A DNA stretch of 64,000 nucleotides from Candidatus Gastranaerophilales bacterium (GTDB lineage Bacteria; Cyanobacteriota; Vampirovibrionia; Gastranaerophilales; Gastranaerophilaceae), in the NCBI GenBank assembly GCA_944322935.1, contig CALUQO010000001.1, forward strand, positions 43,934 through 107,933, in the 5' to 3' direction. Position numbers and translations under genes: made by a program. Positions 1 to 8,676 of the stretch are shown one piece after another. The stretch's first letter is position 1. The number at the start of each line of letters is the position of its first letter. Under the pieces are notes generated by a model. It was not told where the DNA came from. It worked only from the letters and a program-made list of their open reading frames with translations, and ran no database searches.

Positions 1-170
1 GCTATTGTCAAAATATTCGGTACAAGGTCGTGACGTTTTTTTAGTTGAACGTCAATTCCGGACAGGGCTTCTCTTACAGAGTTTTTGTTTCTGATAACAC
101 TTGCGTACAGCCCGTATAAAAACACTGCCGGCACGCCTATAACAACTAAAATAACTATCAGTTCTATCAT
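1..170 (-). CDS. lemA: LemA family protein, N-terminal part (gene runs off the window start)
   Basis: Not in the ORF track because it is partial. Minus-strand ATG at 170-168 is preceded by GGAG. Translation MIELIVILVVIGVPAVFLYGLYASVIRNKNSVREALSGIDVQLKKRHDLVPNILTIA shows one TM helix plus the IDVQLK(R/K)RxDL(I/V)PN motif typical of LemA. Confidence 0.7.
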   Translation of the reverse strand, partial: MIELIVILVVIGVPAVFLYGLYASVIRNKNSVREALSGIDVQLKKRHDLVPNILTI

Positions 171-307
171 ATAAATCTCCTTTTGTTAAACTGCAATCAT
201 AATATCATATTTTTTTCTATGCATTATCATCTATTTAAATTAATACCCATTTTGTGTGGCAAAATAACATAAATAGAGAAAAATTTAACAAATATTTACA
301 ATAAAAC

Positions 308-766
308 TTACAGTTGTATTGAGTTTAATTTATTCATTATGTATGCAAAAAGGCCAAAAATCAGAACAATTTCCGTTATAATTCCTGCCATTGCCCATTT
401 TCTCTGGACGTAGTGCATTTCGTCAATATCTTTCCATTCATTATTGTCCCAAGCCCAATCGTTGCCTTTTATGCCGCAAATTATTGACAACACTGATGTC
501 AATATAAAACCGATACCCGGCACCAGCGCCAGTATAATCCATACAACAGATACAGCTGTCGCATTGTGATAAAAGCCCCATACAGGCGTAAGCAGGCATG
601 CGCCCCAGTTAAAACCTGCCGTAGTTTTGGGGAATGCCTGCCCCTTTACTTTGTATCTGTTTTCCTGCTTTAGTTTTTCTTTGTCGTAGAAAAACTGCAA
701 ATCCGGTGTTTGTTCCCGCTTTTCATTTGCGTTTGTTATACGGGGTTTGTATCTGTCATCAGACAT
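308..766 (-). CDS. small integral membrane protein (DUF2628-like)
   Basis: 152-aa ORF. The motif FNWGACLLTPVWGFYHNA followed by 2-3 TM helices resembles DUF2628-type small membrane proteins. The family assignment is tentative. Confidence 0.55.
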   Translation of the reverse strand: MSDDRYKPRITNANEKREQTPDLQFFYDKEKLKQENRYKVKGQAFPKTTAGFNWGACLLTPVWGFYHNATAVSVVWIILALVPGIGFILTSVLSIICGIKGNDWAWDNNEWKDIDEMHYVQRKWAMAGIITEIVLIFGLFAYIMNKLNSIQL

Positions 767-885
767 CGGTTAAACCTTTATTTCAGTTTCAATTTTAATA
801 GTATAACACTATTTTTGCTGAATAGTCTATTTCGTGTAATTAAAATATCTGTAGCATACACATACGGCGAAGCCAGGTTCAAACC

Positions 886-1941
886 TTATATTCTCAAATT
901 GGTTTCTGCATCAAAAAATAAAAAGTCGTTTGTGTTAAAGTGTAGTGTAATATCTTTGTCAAACGGTTTTTGGGTGTCCACTTTTGCGGCACATTTTTCG
1001 TTGTTTATATTAAAGTATACAATTTTTTCACTACCCAGCATTTCCGATATATAAACCGGTACTTTAAATTCATAATTGGCGTTTATAACGTCCATTTTTT
1101 CAGGCCTTATTCCGACAATTACCTTCTCTTTGCCTTGTAGAATTTCTTTTTGTTTGTCGGAAAGTGAAATTTCATACTCATTAAATTTAATATTGCCGTT
1201 GTTAACCTGAACTTTAATAAAATTCATTGACGGTGAGCCTAAAAAACCGCCTACAAAAGTATTTGCAGGATTGTAGTATATTTCTTCAGGCTTATCAGCC
1301 TGTTGAATAATTCCTTTATCCAGAACAACAATTCTGTCCCCCATAGTAAGCGCTTCTGTCTGGTCATGTGTTACATAAATAAATGTTGTTTGCAGCTTTT
1401 CATGCAGCTTTTTAATTTCGGAGCGCATTTGCACCCTTAACTTGGCATCAAGGTTTGATAAAGGCTCATCCATTAAAAAAACTTTCGGATTTCTTACAAT
1501 TGCACGACCTAAAGCCACCCTCTGGCGCTGTCCGCCTGAAAGTTGTTTGGGTTTACGGTCTAAATATTCCGTAAGATTAAGAATTTCAGCAGCTTCTTTA
1601 ACTTTTTTATCTATCTCATCTTTTTTTAAGTTTCTCATTTTTAGAGGAAATGCAATATTATCATACACACTCATATGCGGATAAAGTGCATAGCTTTGGA
1701 ATACAAACGCAATATCACGGTCTTTGGGGTGTACGTTATTTACGCATTTGCCGTCAATAAATATTTCTCCGTCCGTAATATCTTCCAAGCCGGCAATCAT
1801 TCTCAAAATTGTAGACTTTCCGCAGCCTGACGACCCGACAAGTACAAGAAACTCTTTGTCCTTAATATCAAGAGATATATTGTCAATTATTGTTTTTTTA
1901 TCGTACTTTTTGACTACATTTTTGAGGGTTACATCAGCCAT
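886..1941 (-). CDS. ABC transporter ATP-binding protein, sugar-importer type (MsmX/UgpC/MalK-like)
   Basis: Walker [11 protein letters not shown]-loop, signature [14 protein letters not shown], Walker [13 protein letters not shown]-loop THD, and a C-terminal MalK-type regulatory extension. No permease gene is adjacent. Confidence 0.92.
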   Translation of the reverse strand: MADVTLKNVVKKYDKKTIIDNISLDIKDKEFLVLVGSSGCGKSTILRMIAGLEDITDGEIFIDGKCVNNVHPKDRDIAFVFQSYALYPHMSVYDNIAFPLKMRNLKKDEIDKKVKEAAEILNLTEYLDRKPKQLSGGQRQRVALGRAIVRNPKVFLMDEPLSNLDAKLRVQMRSEIKKLHEKLQTTFIYVTHDQTEALTMGDRIVVLDKGIIQQADKPEEIYYNPANTFVGGFLGSPSMNFIKVQVNNGNIKFNEYEISLSDKQKEILQGKEKVIVGIRPEKMDVINANYEFKVPVYISEMLGSEKIVYFNINNEKCAAKVDTQKPFDKDITLHFNTNDFLFFDAETNLRI

Positions 1942-1956
1942 AAAAAACTCCGTATG

Positions 1957-3105
1957 CTATAAATTTATTTTTTCTGCCGGTATTATAAAAGTAAATACAC
2001 ACCCTTGTGACGGCTCGGCTTCAACAAAAATTCTGCCCTTTAAAATTCTTACAAGCATATATACAATGCCCATTTCAAGACTTTTGGCCACATTTTTTTT
2101 AGCAATATATTTATCTATATTGGCATAAGGGTCAAAAATATTTTTTAACTCAGCCTCGGAAATCCCCTTACTGGAGTCTGTTATTTGAATCATAATATAG
2201 CTTTGAGCAGGCAGGCTCTTTGATACGGTTATGCCTGCAGCCTCAAGACAATCGTCATCAGGGTGAGAAACAGCAAGCTGTATTGCGCCTGATTCCGTTC
2301 TTTCCAACGCATTATCCAAAAGCGTCTCCAGAACTTTTTTCAGAGCATTTTCGTCAGAATAAAGAGTTCGTTTGGTCAGGCTGTTGAGATTAAAGTTTAA
2401 AATAATTTTTTTCTTATCGGCATTTTCTTTGTATTTGTTGAACATATTTGTCATCATTGTGACAAAATCAAAGTTTTTGAATTCGTAATCATACATGCCG
2501 GATTCTAATTTTGAATACTCAAGAATACCGGTGATAAGTTCAAGCAGCTGGACAGAATTTTTGTTAATTATCTTTAAATACTTTTGCTGTTTTTCATTTA
2601 CGTCACCTCCGAGCCCTTCGAGTATAGCTTCGGAAAAACCGTTGATTGAGTGCAGCGGCGAGGTTATTTCATTCGATACCTTTGTCAAAAAAGTGCTTCT
2701 GTTTTTATTGAGTTTTGTAATGTATTCATGTTCAAACATGAGTTTGTTGAGCATTTTTTTGTTATTTGTTACATCTCTTACGGAAATAATTATTTTGTCT
2801 TCTCCGTCATCGTATTGCGAGGCTCTTATTTCCACAAAAATTTCCGTATCTTTTTGCAATTTTAATTTTACTATTGCGGAATCGTTCGATTTTGTAAGGT
2901 TATTGACAAGGTTAAAACCGCCGTCAAATATGTCGATTAGCTCAAGATTAAACAGCTCGTCACTGGATATGTCCAATATATTAAGCAGGTTTTCATTTGC
3001 ATACAAAAGTTCGCCTGACGCTGAAACAACAAGTATTGCATCAGGATAATAACTTAAAATATTTTTTTCTTTTTTGGGTTTAAAAAACCAAGATAAAATG
3101 TTCAT
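1957..3105 (-). CDS. PAS-domain histidine-kinase-like protein with degenerate catalytic motifs
   Basis: It has an N-terminal PAS-like region, a DHp-like segment FLTKVSNEITSPLHSINGF and an HATPase-like C-terminus (N-box LLDNALERT). The canonical H-box His position is Asn, and the G1/G2 boxes read DSSKG / SLEMGI. Confidence 0.8.
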   Translation of the reverse strand: MNILSWFFKPKKEKNILSYYPDAILVVSASGELLYANENLLNILDISSDELFNLELIDIFDGGFNLVNNLTKSNDSAIVKLKLQKDTEIFVEIRASQYDDGEDKIIISVRDVTNNKKMLNKLMFEHEYITKLNKNRSTFLTKVSNEITSPLHSINGFSEAILEGLGGDVNEKQQKYLKIINKNSVQLLELITGILEYSKLESGMYDYEFKNFDFVTMMTNMFNKYKENADKKKIILNFNLNSLTKRTLYSDENALKKVLETLLDNALERTESGAIQLAVSHPDDDCLEAAGITVSKSLPAQSYIMIQITDSSKGISEAELKNIFDPYANIDKYIAKKNVAKSLEMGIVYMLVRILKGRIFVEAEPSQGCVFTFIIPAEKINL

Positions 3106-3287
3106 AAGTATAAAAAATCCCCTTAGTTCATAATCCTTTGACCATATTTAAATCTTTACCGGAATAATCTATATACTAACATAATATGAGCTGTGAACCA
3201 AAGTAAATTTTTTATGCAAAATATCAACTAAAATTTGTATTAATAAGCAATTGTTGAAAATGCTATAATTATCCTTATAAGGAATTT

Positions 3288-5372
3288 ATGGACATGAGTA
3301 ACAATTTTGACTACAAAGAATTTGCAAAAAGCCTGGAAACTCAATGTGTTGAGCTTATTCCCGCTGAATTTTGCACACAGGATAAAGACTACATAATTCA
3401 AAAAGTGTATGATTTTTCTTTGATGGCAGGTGAAGCCTTGTGCAATGACGACGTTTTGAACATTGACGCTCAATCAAAAGTGCTTATTGCACAAATGATT
3501 GCTGAATGGGCTTTTCATAAATCATGCGACCTCATCAGGGCAAATATTCCGGCACGATATCGTGATGAAATTTTGCAAAAAATCGCATTTGCGGTTTTTG
3601 AAGTCGCAAAACAAGGTTTTACCCAAAAAGTTCCTCAGAGGGACATTCTTAACTTAGCTGAATATCACGTTAATAAAACCTACAAAGAATGTATAGAAGA
3701 CCTGACTAAAAGACACATTATCAGCCAAACTGATGCGCAAAACGCCCTGTCTTTATCAAACATTGATGAAATGGCGGCAAAAGAATCGGCTTCCCGAAAG
3801 CGCAAAAGCTTTATAACAGTTTGTTCGGATCTCTTTTTCGGCATAAAAGTTAAAATAAAAAATACGGCAGAAAAACTTAAGGAATCTGCTGCTGCTTATT
3901 TTTCAAATATATTTACCTGGATAATAATATCCTTTGCCATAGCGTTAGGTCTGCTGTTTTATTTCAAACCCGCTCAAAATATATTGGATGAAATTACAAA
4001 ATTCGGTCTTAGCAGCGCAATAGCAATTGCTGCTTTTTTAATAATATTCAACACCTTTGTTGATTCAGAAAGAAAATTTTATAAAAAAATAAATATAATT
4101 GCAGGCGGAATTTGTGCAATAGTAGCTTTTGCATTGTTGAGTGTATCCATTTACGGAATTTTTGCGGGCTGCAATTTTTACGTTCCCTGTTGGCTAACAA
4201 TAACAATAAGCGTGTTCTTGGGAATTTATTCCTTCAAAATTCTAATTGCTGTTGATATTCAAACACAGCTGGAACAGCTGGAGCAAATACGTCAAAAAAT
4301 GCAATATATGTCAGCCCCTAATGTCATGTATGAAAGCCTCGGTGTTGATGTTATGGAAATTCAAATAGGCGCAGGGCTTTTGCCTGTTGCAGACCCTGAT
4401 GCCGGCGGACAGTTACCTGCCAAAAATGCAGCGCTAAGACAACGCCTCACTGATGAACTCGGGTATATTCTGCCATCAATAAGGATTCGTGATTTTGCAC
4501 AGCTGGACGCCAATGAATACTCGATTATTATAAGAGGCAGCGAAGCAGCTTCCGGCTTTGTGTATCCGGACAGATATATGGTGCTTGCACGGGAATGGGA
4601 AACAAAATGTAATACAATTCCGGAAGATGCAATAATTTCAGCCGCTCCGGAAGATAAATCCCCCTGTTACTGGCTGAGGGAACAAGATTTAAAAAACGTA
4701 AAAAACATCACCGCAACAAAACCCGCAGATGTAATAATAAACCATTTGAAAAAAATAGCAATAGAAAACGTTGACAGTATATTAACAACTGCCGATGTAC
4801 TTAAATACCTTGAACTTGCTATTTATGACGAACAAATTACACTGGTGCAAAGCTTGCGCGACAGGCTGCCGGTGGAAGATATAAGAAAAATATTCGTAAA
4901 CCTTATCAGAGAAGAAGTGTCAATAAAAGACGTTATGTTTATTGTTGACAGACTGAACGATTTTGCCAGATTCTCAAAATCTCCGGATGTTCTCTCCGAA
5001 CAATTAAGAGGTGTTATGGCACGCAAAATTTGTCTAAAAAACTGCGACAGGGACAAAGTGCTTTACTCTGTAACGATTTGCGAAAAGTATGAAAAAATAC
5101 TCTTAAAAAGCATTGAAGAAAGACAACAGTATATCACTTTCAACCTTAGTACCGATTTTAAATTTGAACTTATAGAAAATACGGGAAACGCAATGCTAAA
5201 AGCACACCAAATTGTCGGAAAACAACCGGTGATTCTCTGTCCGTCAAAAATCAGACTACCGCTATTCAGACTCTTAAAAGACTATATTCCTGCGGCAGTT
5301 GTTATCTCTTATGAGGAAATTGTTTCCGATATAAAAACTGAAACAGTAGGAGAAATTAAGGAAAATATATAA
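3288..5372 (+). CDS. membrane protein with FlhA/SctV-type C-terminal cytoplasmic domain and a non-FHIPEP N-terminus
   Basis: aa ~350-694 match the FlhA cytoplasmic domain by eye along its length: LGVDVMEIQIGAGLLPVADPDAGGQL, LGYILPSIRIRD, YSIIIRGSEAASG, VSIKDVMFIVDRL, PVILCPSKIRLPLFRLL. aa 1-205 are soluble with no recognizable family, and aa ~206-321 contain about 4 TM helices. The conserved FHIPEP TM core motifs are not visible. Confidence 0.8.
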   Translation: MDMSNNFDYKEFAKSLETQCVELIPAEFCTQDKDYIIQKVYDFSLMAGEALCNDDVLNIDAQSKVLIAQMIAEWAFHKSCDLIRANIPARYRDEILQKIAFAVFEVAKQGFTQKVPQRDILNLAEYHVNKTYKECIEDLTKRHIISQTDAQNALSLSNIDEMAAKESASRKRKSFITVCSDLFFGIKVKIKNTAEKLKESAAAYFSNIFTWIIISFAIALGLLFYFKPAQNILDEITKFGLSSAIAIAAFLIIFNTFVDSERKFYKKINIIAGGICAIVAFALLSVSIYGIFAGCNFYVPCWLTITISVFLGIYSFKILIAVDIQTQLEQLEQIRQKMQYMSAPNVMYESLGVDVMEIQIGAGLLPVADPDAGGQLPAKNAALRQRLTDELGYILPSIRIRDFAQLDANEYSIIIRGSEAASGFVYPDRYMVLAREWETKCNTIPEDAIISAAPEDKSPCYWLREQDLKNVKNITATKPADVIINHLKKIAIENVDSILTTADVLKYLELAIYDEQITLVQSLRDRLPVEDIRKIFVNLIREEVSIKDVMFIVDRLNDFARFSKSPDVLSEQLRGVMARKICLKNCDRDKVLYSVTICEKYEKILLKSIEERQQYITFNLSTDFKFELIENTGNAMLKAHQIVGKQPVILCPSKIRLPLFRLLKDYIPAAVVISYEEIVSDIKTETVGEIKENI

Positions 5373-5467
5373 ATATAAATGGCAAAAAAATTTTTCTTTA
5401 TTTCTTATATAATTGTAATTGCAAATGCAAAGGCAAATGTAAGCCGAAATGTATAATAAAGCCTGCC

Positions 5468-6196
5468 ATGAAAATTAATAATACAATACAGCGCAGAACT
5501 TATTACACTCGAAGTAATTGTAATAAATCATCTTCAAACAAAAATTTCAAAGGACGTATGTTAACCGGCCCAAAATTGTCACGGCTTGGTTCTGTGTCTT
5601 TTTTAACTTCTTTAGCCGGACAGGGGGTTGCTTTCTGCACAGGCAGCTTCACTGTTGCATTGGGTTCTGCCTGTTTAAGCGGCATCGGTATTTTAGCGGA
5701 AACGCTTGGTATGTTTGTCAAAAACGGAGAGCTGCTCAAACTGAAAAAACATATTGATTGGGTAAAATCAAAAAATATTGAAGAGGCTGCAAATTTTGCT
5801 CAACAGAATTTTAAAATAAGAAATTTTAAAGTGAATGACCTTGATACCGCAAACTGGATAAACGAAGGTTTGACAAAAATAAGTAATAAATTTCAAGGAA
5901 AAACATATATGCCCAGAGAAATTAAACTGGAACCTCTGGATTGGTGCGAATATAATCCTGATAACGGCGGGGTGGGTGCTTTATATGACCGTGCGGCAGA
6001 TGGCATAACATTTAACCAAAATGCATATAAGGGGATTGACAAAAGGTTAAAAAACTATTTGCAGACTACATCTCTGTTTGAAGATGATTTTATATCTGTT
6101 CCGGGGACGGAAAATATTGATAATATTTACGATGTGCTGGAAAAGTATAAAACAAATCCTTCTTTACTTACAAATCCTGAAAAATTATCACTGTGA
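5468..6196 (+). CDS. hypothetical membrane-associated protein; 5' portion of a gene interrupted by an in-frame TGA
   Basis: 242-aa ORF. It has an N-terminal polar leader MKINNTIQ...NFKG, then a hydrophobic Gly/Ala-rich segment. It ends at TGA 6194-6196, in the same frame as the next ORF with no other stop between them. Confidence 0.6.
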   Translation: MKINNTIQRRTYYTRSNCNKSSSNKNFKGRMLTGPKLSRLGSVSFLTSLAGQGVAFCTGSFTVALGSACLSGIGILAETLGMFVKNGELLKLKKHIDWVKSKNIEEAANFAQQNFKIRNFKVNDLDTANWINEGLTKISNKFQGKTYMPREIKLEPLDWCEYNPDNGGVGALYDRAADGITFNQNAYKGIDKRLKNYLQTTSLFEDDFISVPGTENIDNIYDVLEKYKTNPSLLTNPEKLSL

Positions 6197-6253
6197 TCAT
6201 CTCTGACAAGAAGATTCGACATATACTACCAGATTGAAACACAGCCTGAAAAA

Positions 6254-6589
6254 GTGTTGGATTATTTAAAACAATGCCTTTCGGAAAATAAACCGGACAG
6301 CCATATGTACGGTAATATTAATTACAACAAATTCGATTACCTGTTTCATGAAATGGGGCATATGATAGATTTTAAAACACAAACCCCGTATTTCGAAATT
6401 AAAAATAAAATCAAAAATTCCAAAGTTTTTGAAAAACAGATAGATTCTATGGTAATCCCTCAAAATGCGGCAAAAAATAAAAGTGAATTTATTGCGGAAA
6501 TTACGTCGGGTCAATTAAACGGTGATACTTATCCGGATGTAATAATGAAACTGTTTAACAAAGTTTGTAATATCAAAATTCCGCAATAA
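6254..6589 (+). CDS. HExxH zinc-metallopeptidase-like fragment; 3' portion of the interrupted gene
   Basis: Contains LFHEMGHMIDF (HExxH). It is in the same frame as 5468..6196, and the only in-frame start is a GTG with no convincing RBS. Confidence 0.5.
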   Translation: MLDYLKQCLSENKPDSHMYGNINYNKFDYLFHEMGHMIDFKTQTPYFEIKNKIKNSKVFEKQIDSMVIPQNAAKNKSEFIAEITSGQLNGDTYPDVIMKLFNKVCNIKIPQ

Positions 6590-6705
6590 AAACACTAAGT
6601 TACATTTCTTAATATTTTTTTTGTGTTTTAGCAATTATTCAGAATATATATTTTTTATATATTTAAGAGAGTATATAAAAATTAAAGAGGAGTGTACAAA
6701 AGTTT

Positions 6706-7482
6706 ATGGGTGACCTTTTTGGCGATTACAAAATTACTTTGCCTGATTTTTCACTTGTAGCACCGAGAGATGCGACTTATGTTCGTACGGATTTTATAAC
6801 ACAGGCTCAGGCGGAAATTTTAGCGGACTCAATTAACAGGCGCAAACAAGAGGTTGAGCAAAGCAAAAAAGAAGAAGCGGCAATCCGTCAAAAATATGAA
6901 ACAGTTTCTAATATGATAAAGAATGATAAGGCTGCTCCAAAGAACCTGGATGTGGACAAAATGACGGATATGATTATGAATGCAGCTAATGAAACAGGGG
7001 TTGACCCTATAATTATAGCAAGCATTGCAAAGCAGGAAACTCATTACAACCAGAATGTTCCTACAGGCAACGGCAGCGGAATTATGCAGTTGACTTCAAT
7101 ATCCATAAAAGATATGTATCAGCGTCCTAATGTATATGATCCGCAAATGAAGCAGCTGATGAAAAAATATGGCAGTCTGGAAAAGATTTTTGCAGCAAAG
7201 AAAAAAGACCCTTCTTTGAACCTTGGAAACTTCGGAGAAATGCTCTATAAATACGGCGACTGGGAAAAACTCAGAAATGCGATGAGAAAAGATTCGCAGT
7301 TGAATATAACGCTTGGCGCATATCTTTTTAAGGCTAAATTGAATGCAGCAGACGGAGATGTTCATAAGGCTCTTGTAAATTATAACGGAAGCTCGCGTAA
7401 GCTTGCTTATGCAAAATCTGTTATGGGCTTTATTGATGAAGTCAACGCCCAACAGAAAAAGAGCATAAATTCTGTTGCATAA
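6706..7482 (+). CDS. lytic transglycosylase (SLT domain) without a recognizable signal peptide
   Basis: SLT motifs IIASIAKQETHYNQ (catalytic Glu), GSGIMQLT and a downstream Y..YNGS. RBS AGAGGAG lies upstream of the ATG. The N-terminus MGDLFGDYKITLPDF has no hydrophobic h-region. Confidence 0.85.
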   Translation: MGDLFGDYKITLPDFSLVAPRDATYVRTDFITQAQAEILADSINRRKQEVEQSKKEEAAIRQKYETVSNMIKNDKAAPKNLDVDKMTDMIMNAANETGVDPIIIASIAKQETHYNQNVPTGNGSGIMQLTSISIKDMYQRPNVYDPQMKQLMKKYGSLEKIFAAKKKDPSLNLGNFGEMLYKYGDWEKLRNAMRKDSQLNITLGAYLFKAKLNAADGDVHKALVNYNGSSRKLAYAKSVMGFIDEVNAQQKKSINSVA

Positions 7483-7949
7483 TTTGTCGTAATTCAATAC
7501 GGCTTATGCTTGCTCTTGATATTACGGCAAAAGCAATGGGTTCTGCTTCAACATAAATTGCTGGCTATGCTTTGTTTCAGGCATAGAATAAGCTTCTGTT
7601 CCGGAAACGTTAGTGTTTCGGAATTGTTAGTTGCGTGCTGAGAATCTTTTTTATGCATAGATTGTGGAAGCTTTATGAGAGGCAGCGTCTGCAAACACTT
7701 CTCATTGTTGCAATTCAAGTTATACTTCTTATGTTATTTTGAGTAATCTCTAAGCATCAGGGCAGTTGACGTCGGTTCACTGTTTAATATAACAATATTT
7801 TTTAAGTGTAACGGGTGAAGAATTTTTAATATATAGAATTTATTCTCAAATTGCAAAAGATATTTTGCACAGGCAAGTTTAATAATCCGTCGGGCAATTT
7901 AATTTGCATAATTTCTTATTAAAATACCATTGCTACAGATTAAGGAGAT

Positions 7950-8267
7950 ATGAATATGCCGCAATTTAACAACTCATGCAATGTGCAGCGTTGTGATAAA
8001 AAATTGACAAAAGAAGAACTTATTCGCGGAATCCGTTTTAACATTGCTGCAGAATACGAGGCAATACAGCTTTATGAACAGATTAAGGAATCTACGGACA
8101 ACGAACTTGTACACAAGGTTTTAACTGATATTGCAAATGAGGAAAAAGAACATGCCGGCGAACTTTTTAAACTGCTCATCACTCTTGACCCTCAGGAAGC
8201 AAAATACTATGCCGAAGGTGCTCATGAGGTGGAAGATATGATGAAAGACAAAAAAGAACCGAAATAA
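7950..8267 (+). CDS. ferritin-like / rubrerythrin-family small protein (EncFtn-like fold)
   Basis: AAEYEAIQLYEQI ... IANEEKEHAGELFKLL gives an ExxH-type di-iron motif pair. A strong AAGGAG RBS is present. Confidence 0.75.
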   Translation: MNMPQFNNSCNVQRCDKKLTKEELIRGIRFNIAAEYEAIQLYEQIKESTDNELVHKVLTDIANEEKEHAGELFKLLITLDPQEAKYYAEGAHEVEDMMKDKKEPK

Positions 8268-8279
8268 AAGGAGATTTTT

Positions 8280-8558
8280 ATGAGTCAGGTAGAAAAAACA
8301 AAAGAAAATTTGGAAATGTGCAATTGTTTAAAATGTCCTTCATACACAACTTCGTGCAAAATTAAAGAAGTGCCGCATAACCTTGTGGATATGTTAAAGG
8401 GCATAGAAAACGTTGACGGGCTTGAAAATCTGTTTTGTGCTTATACAAAAAGCAGATGCATAGACGAAGATAAAGGCTGCCTTTGCAATGTTTGCAGAGT
8501 CCATGACAAATACGATCTTGAAGAAGGTCATTACTGCATAACGGAAGGCGGTTATTAA
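8280..8558 (+). CDS. Cys-rich small protein (DUF2769-like)
   Basis: 92 aa with CNCLKCPSY...C...C...C.C..C...C spacing. The AAGGAG RBS lies 12 nt after the upstream stop. The family call is tentative. Confidence 0.65.
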   Translation: MSQVEKTKENLEMCNCLKCPSYTTSCKIKEVPHNLVDMLKGIENVDGLENLFCAYTKSRCIDEDKGCLCNVCRVHDKYDLEEGHYCITEGGY

Positions 8559-8676
8559 AAGTATTGTAAAGTCTTATCAGTCCCCCGATGCTCTACGCTA
8601 TATGGGGGATTGATATTGCGGTTGCCGGTAAAGGACTTTATAATAAATATGTATTTACATAATTTATGAGGTCTTA

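Noticed and set aside
3288-5372. Ordinary flagellar flhA within a flagellar operon
   Set aside because: The N-terminal half does not show FHIPEP motifs, and no flhB/fliPQR/flhF/flagellin genes flank it. It is reported as an atypical FlhA_C protein instead.
6194-6196. Alternative genetic code (TGA read as Trp/Gly) or selenocysteine
   Set aside because: Conserved genes in the window have normal lengths under the standard code with no internal TGA, and some terminate at TGA (for example ruvB, nuoJ and the YihY-family gene). No SECIS-like hairpin follows the TGA. An isolated interruption is therefore more likely.
7950-8267. Encapsulin cargo (encapsulated ferritin) system
   Set aside because: There is no HK97-fold shell gene adjacent and no C-terminal cargo-loading peptide. 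Only the ferritin-like fold is supported.
8576-8614. Terminator between the Cys-rich gene and nfeD
   Set aside because: An 11-bp stem exists (ATCAGTCCCCC / GGGGGATTGAT), but the loop is 17 nt and no T-run follows. It was not called as a terminator, though it could be an attenuator or RNA-processing site.
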